Assembly: GCF_006345805.1 (NCBI RefSeq)
Contig: NC_043006.1
Span: 66,960,001-67,024,000 of the forward strand
From: Octopus sinensis
Taxonomy: Eukaryota
Length of the DNA stretch: 64,000 nt
Direction: 5' to 3'
The translations under genes were made by a program, and so were the position numbers. The notes beneath the pieces were generated by a model. That model was not told where the DNA came from and searched no databases. It was given only the letters and a program-made list of their open reading frames with translations. This document shows positions 25,820 to 39,187 of this stretch, one piece after another (positions within the stretch are counted from its first letter, which is position 1; each line of letters opens with the position of its first letter).

Positions 25820-26799
25820 GTATATAGATATATATATATATATATATAATATATATATATACGCACTTGTAGAAAAGTATTTACTGCGCTGTGTTATTCT
25901 TTGTAGCCGCACTTTCGTAAACAGATGCAAAATTCACTCTTAATAAACACATCCTAATAAGACATGCGATGTTATCGCAATGTGTTGGAAATCTGTCGTC
26001 TTTATTGCATATATAGACCACTTCATGTGTGTGTATATGTATTTACACACATACATACATACATATGTATTTGTGTGTGTGTGTGTGTGGACCAAAACAG
26101 TTTGATTCAAATTCGTTGGTACTCCGGGTTTCAAGCGTAATGTTAGTCTTCAGCTATTTTTAATTTGAATGAATAGAATTAGATTTTTATTACCGTGAGG
26201 TGAGCTGCGATTAGTCTAGGAAGGTCACGTGGTGTCGTAATTTGATGTTTGTATATCGGTATATCAGCGACAACAATTAGTTGGAAAATACCGCATAATG
26301 AACAGAAAATCGACTGCGTGGTGGGCAGGAAATCCAAAAGGATAAAAGTGAAACATTGTGAGTTTGTAGCTTTTTGAAAGTGGTGAGGTGATGAGTGGAT
26401 GTTTGGGAATGGGATTTTAGAGATTCTTTAAGAAAAGAGAAAGAAGAAAATTCTTAGATTCGTACTCTCTGTTTTTTCCTCCATAGATTTCCAAGAAAAA
26501 AAATTCGAAAAAAAGTAGAAAATGAAAAAATTGGTTTGCGGGTGGGGAGAAAATTAAAATACTGATAACGTATTTCGGGGCGAAACCCTAATCTCTTGTA
26601 TTGAAATCGGAAGAAATTTATGAAAAAAAATCAAATGGAAGGCGGGGCAAAAATGTCACCTCGGACATGGTAGAAGCAACAGCTAAAGGATAGGATTTCT
26701 GCGGGAATTTCGTTTTCAATTTATATCGCAAACCATGTTTTTAAATACACTCATCACAAACACGAATTACAGAATAGAAAAAAACACGAATTACAGGGA

Positions 26800-27718
26800 A
26801 GAACAGAAATTGAAAGAAAGGAGAAAGTAAAAAGGTGACATTTGCTTTGATGTGAGAGCAGAAAGTGAAAGAAAGGAAAATGTGAAAGATGTATGTGCGT
26901 GAATATGAAATGGACGTGTGTGTGTGTATTCATATATCTTTCTGTGTGTATGTGTGCATGTGCAAGTGAGAAAAAATGAGTGACTGTATTTCCTCGTAAC
27001 ATACAGAGAAATAGATGTCTCTTAAGGTACACACGTCGTCGTGGGATAAAATTCCATTTAGAATAGTTGGATTATAGAAAGATTATAATGTTAAGTTTTT
27101 TCAATACAAATATGTAAATTAAAATATAGTTTATTTGTTAGCCGAAAGATTACTGAAATTTTTGATACCCCATACGTCAAAATCGGCAACTCACTTTTCG
27201 AATGTATTCCTTAATTTCTGTAAGAATTTTTATTATTTCTTTATGCTTTGAAGAGAGCAGATATTGAAAGAGAAGAGAAAGTAAAACCACCACATGTGCT
27301 TTGAAGCAAAGGAAGAAAGTGAAAGAGAGAAGAAAGTGAAAGAGAGAAGAAAGTGAAAGAGAGAAGAAAGTGAAAGAGAGAAGAAAGTGAAAGAGAGAAG
27401 AAAATGAATGATGTATGTACGTACATATGGAATGGACGTGTGTGTGTGTGTGGGGGGTATATGTGTGTGTGCGTGTGCGCATGTATTTCCTCATAACATA
27501 TAGAGAAATAGATGTCTTTTAAGTTACACACTCATATAGAAAATTTGACATCGTCGTCGTTGTCATCGTGGTATAAAATGTTTACGAGAGTTGACTTACA
27601 GAAAAGATTATAATGTAAAAGTTTTGTAATGCAAATCAAGTTTAATTGGTAGTTGTAAGATTACTGAATCTTTTCATACTCCATACGTCAAAACCGGCAA
27701 CTCAGTTTTCGAATGCAT
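26800..27718. repeat. Old diverged tandem duplication (~26800-27207 / ~27256-27718) with a 17-bp minisatellite in copy 2
   Basis: Shared blocks TGTATTTCCTC.TAACATA.AGAGAAATAGATGTC and CCATACGTCAAAA.CGGCAACTCA.TTTTCGAATG; (GAAGAAAGTGAAAGAGA) about x5. Confidence 0.85.
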
Positions 27719-27913
27719 AAGAAAGACACGTGCACACATGCATACACGAACATAAAAACTTTTTTTATTTATATAGAAGACGTCCCTGTCTGTCTGCCTC
27801 TCACATTCCGTGTGGTTATCTCTTTCTGATATCAGTCACAATTATTATGCTACATTTCCGCGAGCCTAACACTTTTGACCATACTTTCATACATAAATGC
27901 ATACATACATATA

Positions 27914-28014
<101 letters not shown>

Positions 28015-28069
28015 TGATATATATATATATATATATATATTTACATATATTTAACATATATATATTGCC

Positions 28070-28351
28070 GTTGTTGTTTGTTCTTTCTCGAGCCATGCCT
28101 GGCTCATAATGGCCGGTTTCATTGGCGTATACGTTCCCCACCCGGCCCGTCGCAGGTGAGCTACTAGATGCAGGAGGAAAGAATGAAAGTTGTGACGAAA
28201 CAGTCAGCAGAAGTTCGCCATTAGCTTCTGCCGGAGCCGCGTGGATTAAGGTGTTTCGATCATATACAGACATATCACTCGGTCTGGCATTCGAAGGCGC
28301 GATCCTTCAACCGCGAGTGCGCTGCTCTAACCACTAGACCATGTACCTCCA
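28070..28351 (-). mobile_element. SINE family C (tRNA-derived)
   Basis: Reverse complement of the 53485-53781 family, with an (AAC)n tail. Confidence 0.85.
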
Positions 28352-28353
28352 CC

Positions 28354-28390
<37 letters not shown>

Positions 28391-28391
28391 T

Positions 28392-28555
28392 CATTTATTC
28401 TATTGCTAGTTTCAATGATTTTACTGTGCCATGCTGGGGCACCGCCTTTTATCGAACAAATCACTCCCATCACTTATTCTATCGGGGTTATAAACATATT
28501 ACCATCGGTTGTCAAGGGATTGTGGGTGGACACACACAAGCACAAACACACGTAC

Positions 28556-28588
<33 letters not shown>

Positions 28589-28659
28589 GCTATCTATCTA
28601 TCTATCTATCTACTATCTATCTATCTTCTATCTATATATATATATATATATCTATATAT

Positions 28660-28697
<38 letters not shown>

Positions 28698-28853
28698 CGA
28701 TGGCTTCAGCTTCCATCTACCAAATTCACTCACAGGGATTTAATCGGGCTGAGGCTATAGTAGAAGGCACCTCCAAAGGTGCCACGCAGTGGGACTGAAC
28801 CCGGAAACATGCGGTTGGGAAGCAAACTACTTACCACACAGCACTCCTGTGCC
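28392..28853 (-). mobile_element. SINE family A with expanded internal microsatellite
   Basis: Head and tail recognisable on the minus strand. Confidence 0.8.
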
Positions 28854-28956
28854 TGACATAAATATAAAAAAGAAAACGCTAGATATGTGTCACTTCCTTT
28901 TACCTGTTTCCAATGGATTTCCCAATTCATTAACATTATATCATTATTAAAACTGT

Positions 28957-29249
28957 GAGGTATACTTGCCATCTCAATATGTCTAACCACTAAGGGTGGG
29001 TGTTACTGTAGCTTGTAGCCCCAGGAGAACATCGTCTCCAGCTGGCTTTAGACACACTTTCTGTGCTCTTATGGTATTTGCAAAGAGCACAGAAAGTGTG
29101 TCTAAAGCCAGCTGGAGATGATGTTCTCCTGGAGCTACAAGCTAGAGTAACACCCACCCTTAGTGGTTAGCCATATTGAGATGGCAAGCATACCTCACAT
29201 TGTCGTGCAGTTACTGTTTATATCTCGTTCAGAGATTTATTACTGCTTG
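28957..29249. mobile_element. Fold-back insertion of the 354-bp unit family with 14-bp TSD
   Basis: ~117-bp inverted arms (28954-29070 / 29083-29199); sequence matches 3020-3200; ATTATTAAAACTGT at 28943-28956 and 29250-29263. Confidence 0.85.
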
Positions 29250-29944
29250 ATTATTAAAACTGTTTTCTTCAAATGAATAGATGAACTTCAGTATTAATGA
29301 CATTGAAAAGCATTTAAACTCCATTGTGTGCGCATATTTTCTGATTCAGCGATCATCGATGGTCGTAGAATGAGTTTGCCAAATCAAAACAAATAAAAAG
29401 TTGGTTTTATAGCGGATGACATCACACTGTCATATGTGGATAGGGTTTATTAAACATTTATGGTCTTGAAACCGGTTGGTCGGTATGGTAGGGTGGGGAA
29501 ACGGACAGTCGAACGTCTCCTATCTACAATTAAGAAGAAATAGTTCCGTTTATCTTATGATACAATTCAACAAGAGATATAGGGTTAATGATGAATGATA
29601 AGGTTCACATTTGTTTATATGTGTTTCCATTCAAGATCGTTCCATGCCAGCTCTATTAATCAGTGTATGTGTGATGGCGACATTAAGACCAGAATTCTAC
29701 CAAAATGTTGCTTTCATGTTCAGCTCTAATAAAATCAATTTTACATTAATGTGATGGTTTATCTTATACTTTTATAGAGTCCAAATTTATTATTCTTTTG
29801 CAGGAATGTTATTGACAGTGACTCTGAAGTTTCAGCAAGCTAAGCCATCACTGGAAAGTTCGAAGTCACTGTCAATGATTTTATTGCTATTATTGTTAAA
29901 GAATGATACATTTGTGCCCTGCCAAAGATGTATATATATATATG

Positions 29945-29979
<35 letters not shown>

Positions 29980-30214
29980 TGACAGACAGACAGACAGACA
30001 GAGACAGAGAGAGATATACATATATATATATATATACATACATATACATTTATATATATATACATATATGTTCATATATATATATATACATACATATATG
30101 CAGATATGTACATACATATATACATATAGATATATGTGTATTTATATAATAAACATAATATATATATAATATCTTAATATATATATATATATATATATAT
30201 ACAGATATATATAT

Positions 30215-31080
30215 ATGTGGTGGGTTGTGTTTGTATTTGTATATGTGTGTGGGTGTATATATATATACATATATATATGAAGGTGCGCATGCGTGCGTAT
30301 AACAGAGTTTGTATGTGTGTGTGGAAGAGGGCTGGTAACCTTATGTGTGTGTGTGTGTGTGTATGTGTAGGTGTGAAAATGTGGGCCTGGGAAGTGGTCA
30401 GTGCTGGTGTGTATGTGGTGATGTCATGTGATGTGATGTTTTGTGTGGTATGGTGGTGTATGGTGTAGTGGTGTGTGATGAGGTGTTATGGTGTTGGGAG
30501 ATGGAGTAGGTGACAGTGGGGAAAGTAAAAGTGGGGGCGTGGGTTAGGCTGAGGGTGAGGGTAGGGGTGGGGTATGTGGATAGGCAGAGGGTGGTGTTAG
30601 AGATGGGCTATGTGTGACTGGGTGTAAGGGAGGGTGGGGTGGGGTGGGATGTTACGGATAGGGAAGGTGTGGTTGGAATGTGTAAGGGTGGGGTGGGGTA
30701 ACATGGGAGGGGTGACGATGAAGGGGAAGAAGAAATTGGGTAGGAGGGAAGAGAAGAGAGAAAGAGTGTAGGAGTGAAGAAAAGTAGCAATCGGAGTAAG
30801 AGCGGAGAGGTGAGTGGGAGGAAGTAGGGGTTCGGGGGAGAGAGGCGAGGGTAGGAGGTTAGATGAAGAGGGGAGGAGAGTTGAGCTCATGTGGCGCAAA
30901 GTAGCGCAGACAGAAGATTAATCCCTGTTCACGGCGCATAAGGGAGTCCAGATGGCCTCTTTGCAACGACAATCCGAACACGGACAGGTGTCGAAAAGAG
31001 TGACTGGTAGAGCGGAAATGGCGCGAGACCGGGGTGTCATTCCTGAGTCGGATGTCTGGGAGGTGTTCCACGAACCGGTC
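30215..31080 (-). mobile_element. 5'-truncated Penelope-like element: GIY-YIG endonuclease C-terminus (30859-31080) plus long low-complexity 3' region
   Basis: DRFVEHLPDIRLRNDTPVSRHF..H..LSVFGL..RREQGLIFCLRYFAPHELN matches the PLE EN pattern RF.EH..PV..HF..E..I..L....P.GLN; left boundary uncertain. Confidence 0.8.
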
Positions 31081-31081
31081 T

Positions 31082-31121
<40 letters not shown>

Positions 31122-31172
31122 GACCCCTGCGCTAGGATGACACGCAAATTCGTGAAGCGTTCCATATTTTTT
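31081..31172 (+). pseudogene. RNU6: U6 snRNA copy lacking the first ~16 nt
   Basis: ACATATACTAAAATTGGAACGATACAGAGAAGATTAGCATG.CCCCTGCGC.AGGATGACACGCAAATTCGTGAAGCGTTCCATATTTTTT; ACAGAGA box intact; two internal substitutions against metazoan U6; no 5' stem-loop or promoter. Confidence 0.95.
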
Positions 31173-31446
31173 GCTTTTGAATCTCTTTAACAATTCACAA
31201 TAATGACTTTTATTAATTTTATTCCTACCTCAGTTCATCTAATTATGTATATCTATCGTTACTTTTCATAAAAAGCCTTTACTTCTTTTGATTTCCAATG
31301 TGCATTTTCATCTATTTTTCTTCTTACTTTCCTCTTACATTTCCACGTGTAGTTTCCAATTTCAATTTGTACATATATATAAACAATAAATTAGAGAAAA
31401 ACAGTTGACAATCTAACAAATATATTATAATGTAATATAGTATACT

Positions 31447-31487
<41 letters not shown>

Positions 31488-31488
<1 letters not shown>

Positions 31489-31619
31489 GGAGTAAACACA
31501 TAATGTGAACAAGTGGGAAAAAAGAGTACTCAAAATACCAGTGTAGAGTAATATGCTTTATTTAAAGCAGCAGAAAATTCAACAAAACCTGTTACTCTGA
31601 GTTTCCCGTTGCCGTTCAT
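31488..31619 (-). mobile_element. PLE-type 3' terminus with truncated hammerhead motif
   Basis: Minus strand ATGA-ACG-GCAA-CGG-GAAAC-TCAGA-GTA-ACAG followed by AATAAA; flanked by (TA)n. Confidence 0.6.
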
Positions 31620-31633
31620 ATATATATATATAG

Positions 31634-31915
31634 TGGAGGTGCAATGGTCCAGTGGTTAGGGCAACTGACTCGTGGTCGTAGGATGTTTATTGAATGTTTA
31701 TTGAGCAAAAAACACCTAAAGCTCCATGAGGCACCGGTAGGGGGTGATGGTGAACCCTGCTGTACTGTTTCCCCACAACTTTCTCTGCTTCTTTCTTCCT
31801 ATTTTCTTCCTATATTTTAGAGGGCCAGCCCTGTGACACTCTGTATCACGCTGAATCTTCCCGAGAACTACGTTAAGGGTACACGTGTCCGTGGAGTGCT
31901 CAGCCACTTGCACGT
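31634..31915 (+). mobile_element. SINE family C variant
   Basis: GGAGGTGCAATGGTCCAGTGGTTAGGGCA A-box head; B-box region deleted. Confidence 0.75.
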
Positions 31916-32160
31916 TGATAAATGAGCTGCGATGTCACTGATGCCAAGCCTTTGCCTTTCCTTTGTATAACATTGGTGTCGTGGAGAGGGGAGGCTGGTT
32001 TGAATGGACGACTGCTGGTCTACCATAAACTTTGCCCATTCTTGTGCAATCTGGATGAAATCGCATGGTCATTATGACCGAAGGGGGTGACAACAATATA
32101 CATATATATATATATGTATATATCTATATATATTATATATATATATACTATATATATATA

Positions 32161-32205
<45 letters not shown>

Positions 32206-33797
32206 CGCAAATGGACACACATATGTGTATGTGTTTTTATATTTATGCTTCTCCTTTCGCTACTGCTAAGTTTCTTTAAGATGTTGGCTTGTCACACCAG
32301 TCGAGCAGTTCCGTAAGTGAGACTAATAAAATATGTAGCGAGACCGATTTATTTCATCGAAGTCCTCAAAGAAGCACGCTATCATATTCACAGTCCCATG
32401 ACAAGACCAAGTGAACGAAAAGGATGACAAAATATGAGACATTGTTGCATGTTGTGTTTCGGGACTTGAAAATATCAACCACTAAATGCAGAGATTACGG
32501 AAGAAATCCAAATATTTTCGTAATCTAAGTCAGTGAAGAATTCCTGACGGTAAACATGACCAGACCACATGTTCTAATAACAGAATGAATGTATAGATGT
32601 CACTCTTTCTCTCTCTCTCTTCCTCGGTACCTCACATACTCTCTCTCTCCCTCTCTCTCTCCCTCCCTCTCTCTCTCCATATATATATATATATATATAT
32701 ATCAGCACGCGCTCGCACATACACACGCACAAATACACACACACATACATATATATATGCATGTATGTATTTATATAGAAACATAAAAATAATTATAGGG
32801 TGACTAAATACATACATACATATATATATGCATAACACACGAACACATACATATACATAGATATATATGTATATATATAAATATTCGTATATATATTAGA
32901 AATATATATACATATGTATATACATATATATGCATACATATATATATATATATGTGTGTGTGTGTATGTGTTTATTTATTTATGTATATATAGATGTATA
33001 TATATATATATAAATATATATGAATATATACGTTCATATATATATATATATATATATATTAATACGAAGAAATGTGTGTATATATCATATATATATACAT
33101 ATGTTTGCATATGTGTGTGTGAGTGTGTGGGAGTGTGTACGAGTGTGTGTGAGTGTGTATAAGTGTGTGTATGTGTGTGTGTGTCTATGCATTTAGAGAA
33201 ACGCACACATATAAGTACTAATATATCCAAAGTGAAGCGGTAGGGGGAAATAAAACAGCAATTTGTTCCATTGTTACAAAAAGTGTATATTTTAGTAAAT
33301 TACTCATCAAACAGAGAAATTCAGATCGATAAATTTCCATGAGATCCATAATCGAATAAGACTGTATGGAATTTCCGATTGAAATCAATCAATATGTGAA
33401 AGCTTCGATAAACCGCAATGTTTCGGGACTGTTCTCAGAAAACAAATTCTTCCCCGCTATACACACGAGATTGAAATCTGGTACACGTTTCTATACAAAT
33501 ATATGTTCTATAATATATATACATATATATATATATTATATATATAATATATCTATATATCTATATATATAATATATATATATATATTATATCTATATAT
33601 ATAGATGCATACATACATGTATATATCTATCACATGGTAAATATATTTGCTTCAGTGCACATATATCTACACACACCACACACAATACATATGTATATAC
33701 ATATATACATCTATATATATATCTATGTATATAATTTATATATGTATCATCATATATGAATATATTGTGCATATATATATATGTATATGTATATATA

Positions 33798-33835
<38 letters not shown>

Positions 33836-33973
33836 TGTGTGTGTGTGTCTATATACATAGCTATATATATGCATATTAGATGCGTGTGTATCTATCTATA
33901 TATATGCATACACATACACAATCGGAGAAGTATATTCTTATATACATATGCACACATAGTTATACATACATAA

Positions 33974-34004
<31 letters not shown>

Positions 34005-34213
34005 ATGGTGTGTGTGTGTGTGTGTGTGTGTGTGTGCATATATATATATGTACATATTCATGTCTGTCTGTCTGTATGTATGTATGTATATATATATGCA
34101 CGCTTTTCTCTGTATGTATAAACAAGTGCATTTTCTTGTGAATTCTTTAAGTGTATACTTACATATGAGCCTAATCATACACTCACACACACACAGACAC
34201 ACATACATCTATT

Positions 34214-34248
<35 letters not shown>

Positions 34249-34290
34249 CAAGAGAGAGGAGAGATTAGATAGACAGACAAAGAGACAGAC

Positions 34291-34362
<72 letters not shown>

Positions 34363-34942
34363 GCATACATACAAACATACATGCATGCATACACACACAC
34401 ATACATACATGCATACATACATACACACACACATACATACATGCATACATACATACATACATACATACATACATACATACATACATACATAGTCAGACAC
34501 GCATGTATACATGCATATAAATACTAACCGACTATTTTCTTCTCGTACGTGTGCCCAATTTAGACTTATGAGCACGTGCCTTTTAAAACTTATGAAGTGG
34601 GAGGTCGGGAACGTGAGCAATCATGAGTGTGTGTGCGTGTGTGTATGTGTGCGCGTGTGTGTAGGTACATGGATATTAATCTACATGTATACAATATATA
34701 GAGATATATTTAAAATATATTTGTGTATATAGTCATTTATATATATATATATATTATATATATATATATATATATGTAATATATATATATAATATACATA
34801 TCATATATATATTATATAATACTATATATATATAGATAAATATATATATAATATATATATATATAATATATATGTATATATATGCATGTATGTTATATAT
34901 GTACAATATATATAATATATTTATATATATATATATATATAT

Positions 34943-35106
34943 ACGACGGGCTTCTTTCAGTTTCCATCTACCAAATCCACTCACAAGCAATGGTCGGCCC
35001 GGGGCTATAGCAGAAGACACTTGCCCAGATGCCACGCAGTGGGACTGAACCCGAACCATGTGGTTGGTAAGCAAGCTACTACCACACAGCCACTCCTGCG
35101 CCCCGC

Positions 35107-35107
<1 letters not shown>
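34943..35107 (-). mobile_element. SINE family A 5' half
   Basis: Near-consensus head on the minus strand, embedded in (TA)n. Confidence 0.9.
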
Positions 35108-35145
<38 letters not shown>

Positions 35146-35288
35146 GCACATATTAATTCAATACTTACTTATCTATCTATCTGTATATATACCACGCTCT
35201 CCTGCAGCATACCTCCATTTACATTCTTTATCTCACATATATACGAACTCACAGACACAACTTATTCACACACATACACACACAACCA

Positions 35289-35324
<36 letters not shown>

Positions 35325-35891
35325 ATATATATATATATATATAGTAATAAAAGCGGAAACATACTCAGCTGCGCAATCAGTCTCACGCACAGCACGCGCA
35401 CGCGTACACAAGTAAGCGCATATTAAGAGGTTGTATTTAGTTTGTCATCTCTACATATTGATTGGAGATAATCCAGTAGAATTCTACTGTTTAGCTAATC
35501 CTATTGAAAAATAAAAAAAAAGCTCTTTATTGATAGAATGTTTTCTCTTCGTTTTATTCTTTGTTTTACGTTGTTTTTCGTGTTCATATTTTTGGTTTTC
35601 CACAGAGATTGGTGACGGGAAGAGCAAAAAAAAAACCGTAAACACCCGCAGTGCATACTTACGCTTTCACACCAGCATACAACTGCATATAAATGTTGTA
35701 TACGCACACGTGTATAACCTACACGCTCTCATACGCACGCATGCGTACTCGTACTCAATGATGCCCAAGCACAAAACACCCGGAAAGCACAGACATAGAA
35801 ACATAGTCACATACTCTAACACATATATGTATTTATTAAGACTTACAAACACATCCTTTGTCCTGCCGTGCAATGACACGTTAAAAATTTC

Positions 35892-36052
35892 AGGCGTGGC
35901 TGTGTGGTAACAAACCTGCTTCGCAATAAGTCTCACTGTGTGTGTTCAATCTCACTATGTGGCACCTTGGGCAAGTGTTCTTCTACTATAGCCTCGGGCC
36001 GACCAAGCCTTGTGAGTGAATCTGGTAGACGGAAACTGAAAGAAACCCGGTT
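35892..36052 (+). mobile_element. SINE family A 5' half
   Basis: GGCGTGGCTGTGTGGTAA...GGAAACTGAAAGAAACCCG. Confidence 0.85.
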
Positions 36053-36079
36053 ATACATGTGTGCGTGTATGTATTATAT

Positions 36080-36602
<523 letters not shown>

Positions 36603-36665
36603 TACCAGCTTAATCGCATAAATGCGAAACAAAGTGGATAAAATAGTACTCGAATACTAAACAAA

Positions 36666-36704
36666 ACTGTCCGACGAAAGGGAATGTGAAACTCTGAGTA
36701 ACAG
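36666..36704 (+). ncRNA. Degenerate minimal hammerhead motif (same family as 1309-1348)
   Basis: CTGT-CCGACGA-aagggaatgt-GAAAC-TCTGA-GTA-ACAG. Confidence 0.55.
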
Positions 36705-36710
36705 CTTTTA

Positions 36711-37290
36711 TATTGGGTTGGCAACTAATTTCTTGCAGTTTTTTCTTTAATTTAGAATATATTGCGTTTTTAAATTTTCGAATCTACTTTTTTCGAGAAT
36801 TCTATTTTTGAGTCATTTTGGGATCTATTTTGTTCTTTTTCTATTTAATTTTAGTTAATTTTTGTTTATTTTCAGATCATTAAAATGGAATGTCAAGTTA
36901 AGAAAAAGGAGCATTTTCGACACTTTTTTGCTTTTTAATCAAGGTTCATAGTCCGCAAAAGCTACTCGTGACATTTGTGTTGTGTATGGAGAGGGTGCCA
37001 TAGCTGAAAGAACCGCTCATGATTACTATGCCAATATGAAAATGGAAATTTTTACCTCAAAGCTGTACCTCGTTCTGGTCATCCAACTGTGTTCGATGAA
37101 GAGCGATTAAGCCAAATTTAACACGAAAATTCGCGTCAAACGACAAGAGAAAATGGAAGGCTCCCACACTGCTATAGAGAAGCAACTTCACTCGATGGGA
37201 AAGGTTCAGAAGTATGGAGCATGGGTTCCGCATGCTTTAAGTGACAACAAAAATCAACGAGCCACAATCTCCGCTGCTTTGCTTGCTCGT
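36711..37290 (+). mobile_element. Mariner 5' half (left TIR plus frameshifted transposase N-terminus)
   Basis: TA|TTGGGTTGGCAACTAA TIR; ATG at 36885: MECQVKKKEHFRH..ICVVYGEGAIAERT..PRSG..GKVQKYGAWVPHAL (WVPHEL motif). Confidence 0.9.
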
Positions 37291-37700
37291 GTTGTTTTCA
37301 AGCTCTTCCTTGCCACCCAACTGCACTTAGCACGTCATTTCCTTCATGTGGATTTCTCTCATGTGGTGATGTCGAGCGTGCCCTCAGGCTTAATTTATCA
37401 CATATATGTAGCTCCTGTGTCTGCTAATTGTTCAGCATGGTAGCGGCATACTCACTGAGAACTTTTTGTTGCGTTCAAAAATCACATACCACTCACCCAA
37501 TTTTCCACACCATGTTTAGGGCCTGGAATCTTCCAGCCAGATGCATGACATCTCACCTAGTCGAATTAGCTCTTAATTTACTCTAGAAATGTTTTGTTGT
37601 CAATGCTGTACTTCCCCGTATCACATGTTTCAACTTAACTGCATCATATATACAAATTATACGGTTTAAAATCCCGAGCAACGCCGGGTATGTCTGCTAG
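37291..37700 (+). mobile_element. Helitron 3' end
   Basis: Hairpin CCCGAGCAACGCCGGG (37673-37688) then CTAG|T at 37697-37701; 5' boundary unknown. Confidence 0.7.
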
Positions 37701-38575
37701 TGTATATACATCTACGTATATAAATGTGTGTGTGTGTGTGCTTATGTCTGTTGGTATGTACGCATGCGCACCTCTATGTCCCTGTCTATTCAACATTTAC
37801 TCCGCAGTAGATATTTTACTGATATATAAAAATTTATATCTCATGTGTCACGCAATAAACAGATTACTTGTTTCACAATTACTTACGTCAGCTTTAACTA
37901 AGTCAATATCATTATCTTTATGATATTTACCAAATTTTGCCTATTAAGCAAATTTGTTTATCAATTAAGTTTCTCTGCCGTCCGTGTTAAGCTCACCTAA
38001 ATCACAGCTTTGCAATTAGAAACAACGAATTTTATCAGCGGTTTTAATGAAAAATAAAATGGAACTTTCAGTGGAGTATAGAGTGAGATAAGTGCAGGAA
38101 ACCATTGTATATTTGAAGGGGCGTATTAAGATAGGTGTAAATTAGTAAAGAATACATAAATTTCACCGAATTCCATTTTATTAAATATATGGAGAATTAG
38201 AATTACATATATTCTGTAAAATATCCAATTTTATATTATATGTATGACAAACACGCGCATACACATAGACACACAAATGCACGGGCAGATAGACACACAC
38301 CACCGCACGCACACATGTACACACATAGGAACACACACACACATTGAAATTAGATACAAGTGTTAGCCTATTCTTTGAGATTTTATGTGTGTGTAATATA
38401 TAACATACAGATGGCTATATAGACAGAGTGACAGGCAGACAGACAGCTAATAGATGGATAGATAGATAGACAGATAGATGATTGCTAGATAGATGGACAG
38501 ATGATAGATTGATAGATAGATAGATAGATGATAGATAGATAGATATGCATACACTTGTATGTGTGTGTTACATAC

Positions 38576-38643
<68 letters not shown>

Positions 38644-38688
38644 GTGTGTCTTTGCGTGCAGCGTGTGCAAGTATATGTATCATGTATG

Positions 38689-38727
<39 letters not shown>

Positions 38728-38728
<1 letters not shown>

Positions 38729-38887
38729 GCAAGAATGGCTGTGTGGTAAGTAGCTTGCTTAGCAACCACGTAGTTCAGTGTTCCGTCCCAATGCATGGTA
38801 CCTTGGACAAGTGTCTTTTACTATATCTTCGGGCCGACCAAAGCCTTCTGAGTGGATTTGGTTGACGGAAACTGAAAGAAGGTGGTC

Positions 38888-38941
<54 letters not shown>

Positions 38942-39187
38942 ATGTGTGTGGTGTGTGTGTGTGTGTGTGTTTGTGTTTGTGTGTCTGTGTCTTTGTCACC
39001 TCACCATCGCTTGACAACCCACATTGGTGTGTCCCCCGTAACTTAGCGGTTCGGCAAAAGAGATCGACAGAATAAGTACTAGGTTAGGCTTACAAAGAAT
39101 AAGTTCTCGGGTCCATTTGTTCGACTAAAGGCGGTACTCCAGCATGGCTGCAGTAGAATGACTGAAAGAAATAAAAGAATAAAAGAA
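38728..39187 (+). mobile_element. SINE family A, full length
   Basis: Head, internal (TA)n(TG)n and tail all present. Confidence 0.9.

Noticed and set aside
26190-26400. Possible promoter or first exon (CACGTG, GTGAGT donor)
   Set aside because: Motifs are short and expected by chance; no downstream exon found.
27312-27402. Regular 17-bp repeats as a CRISPR-like array
   Set aside because: Head-to-tail with no spacers; a eukaryotic minisatellite.
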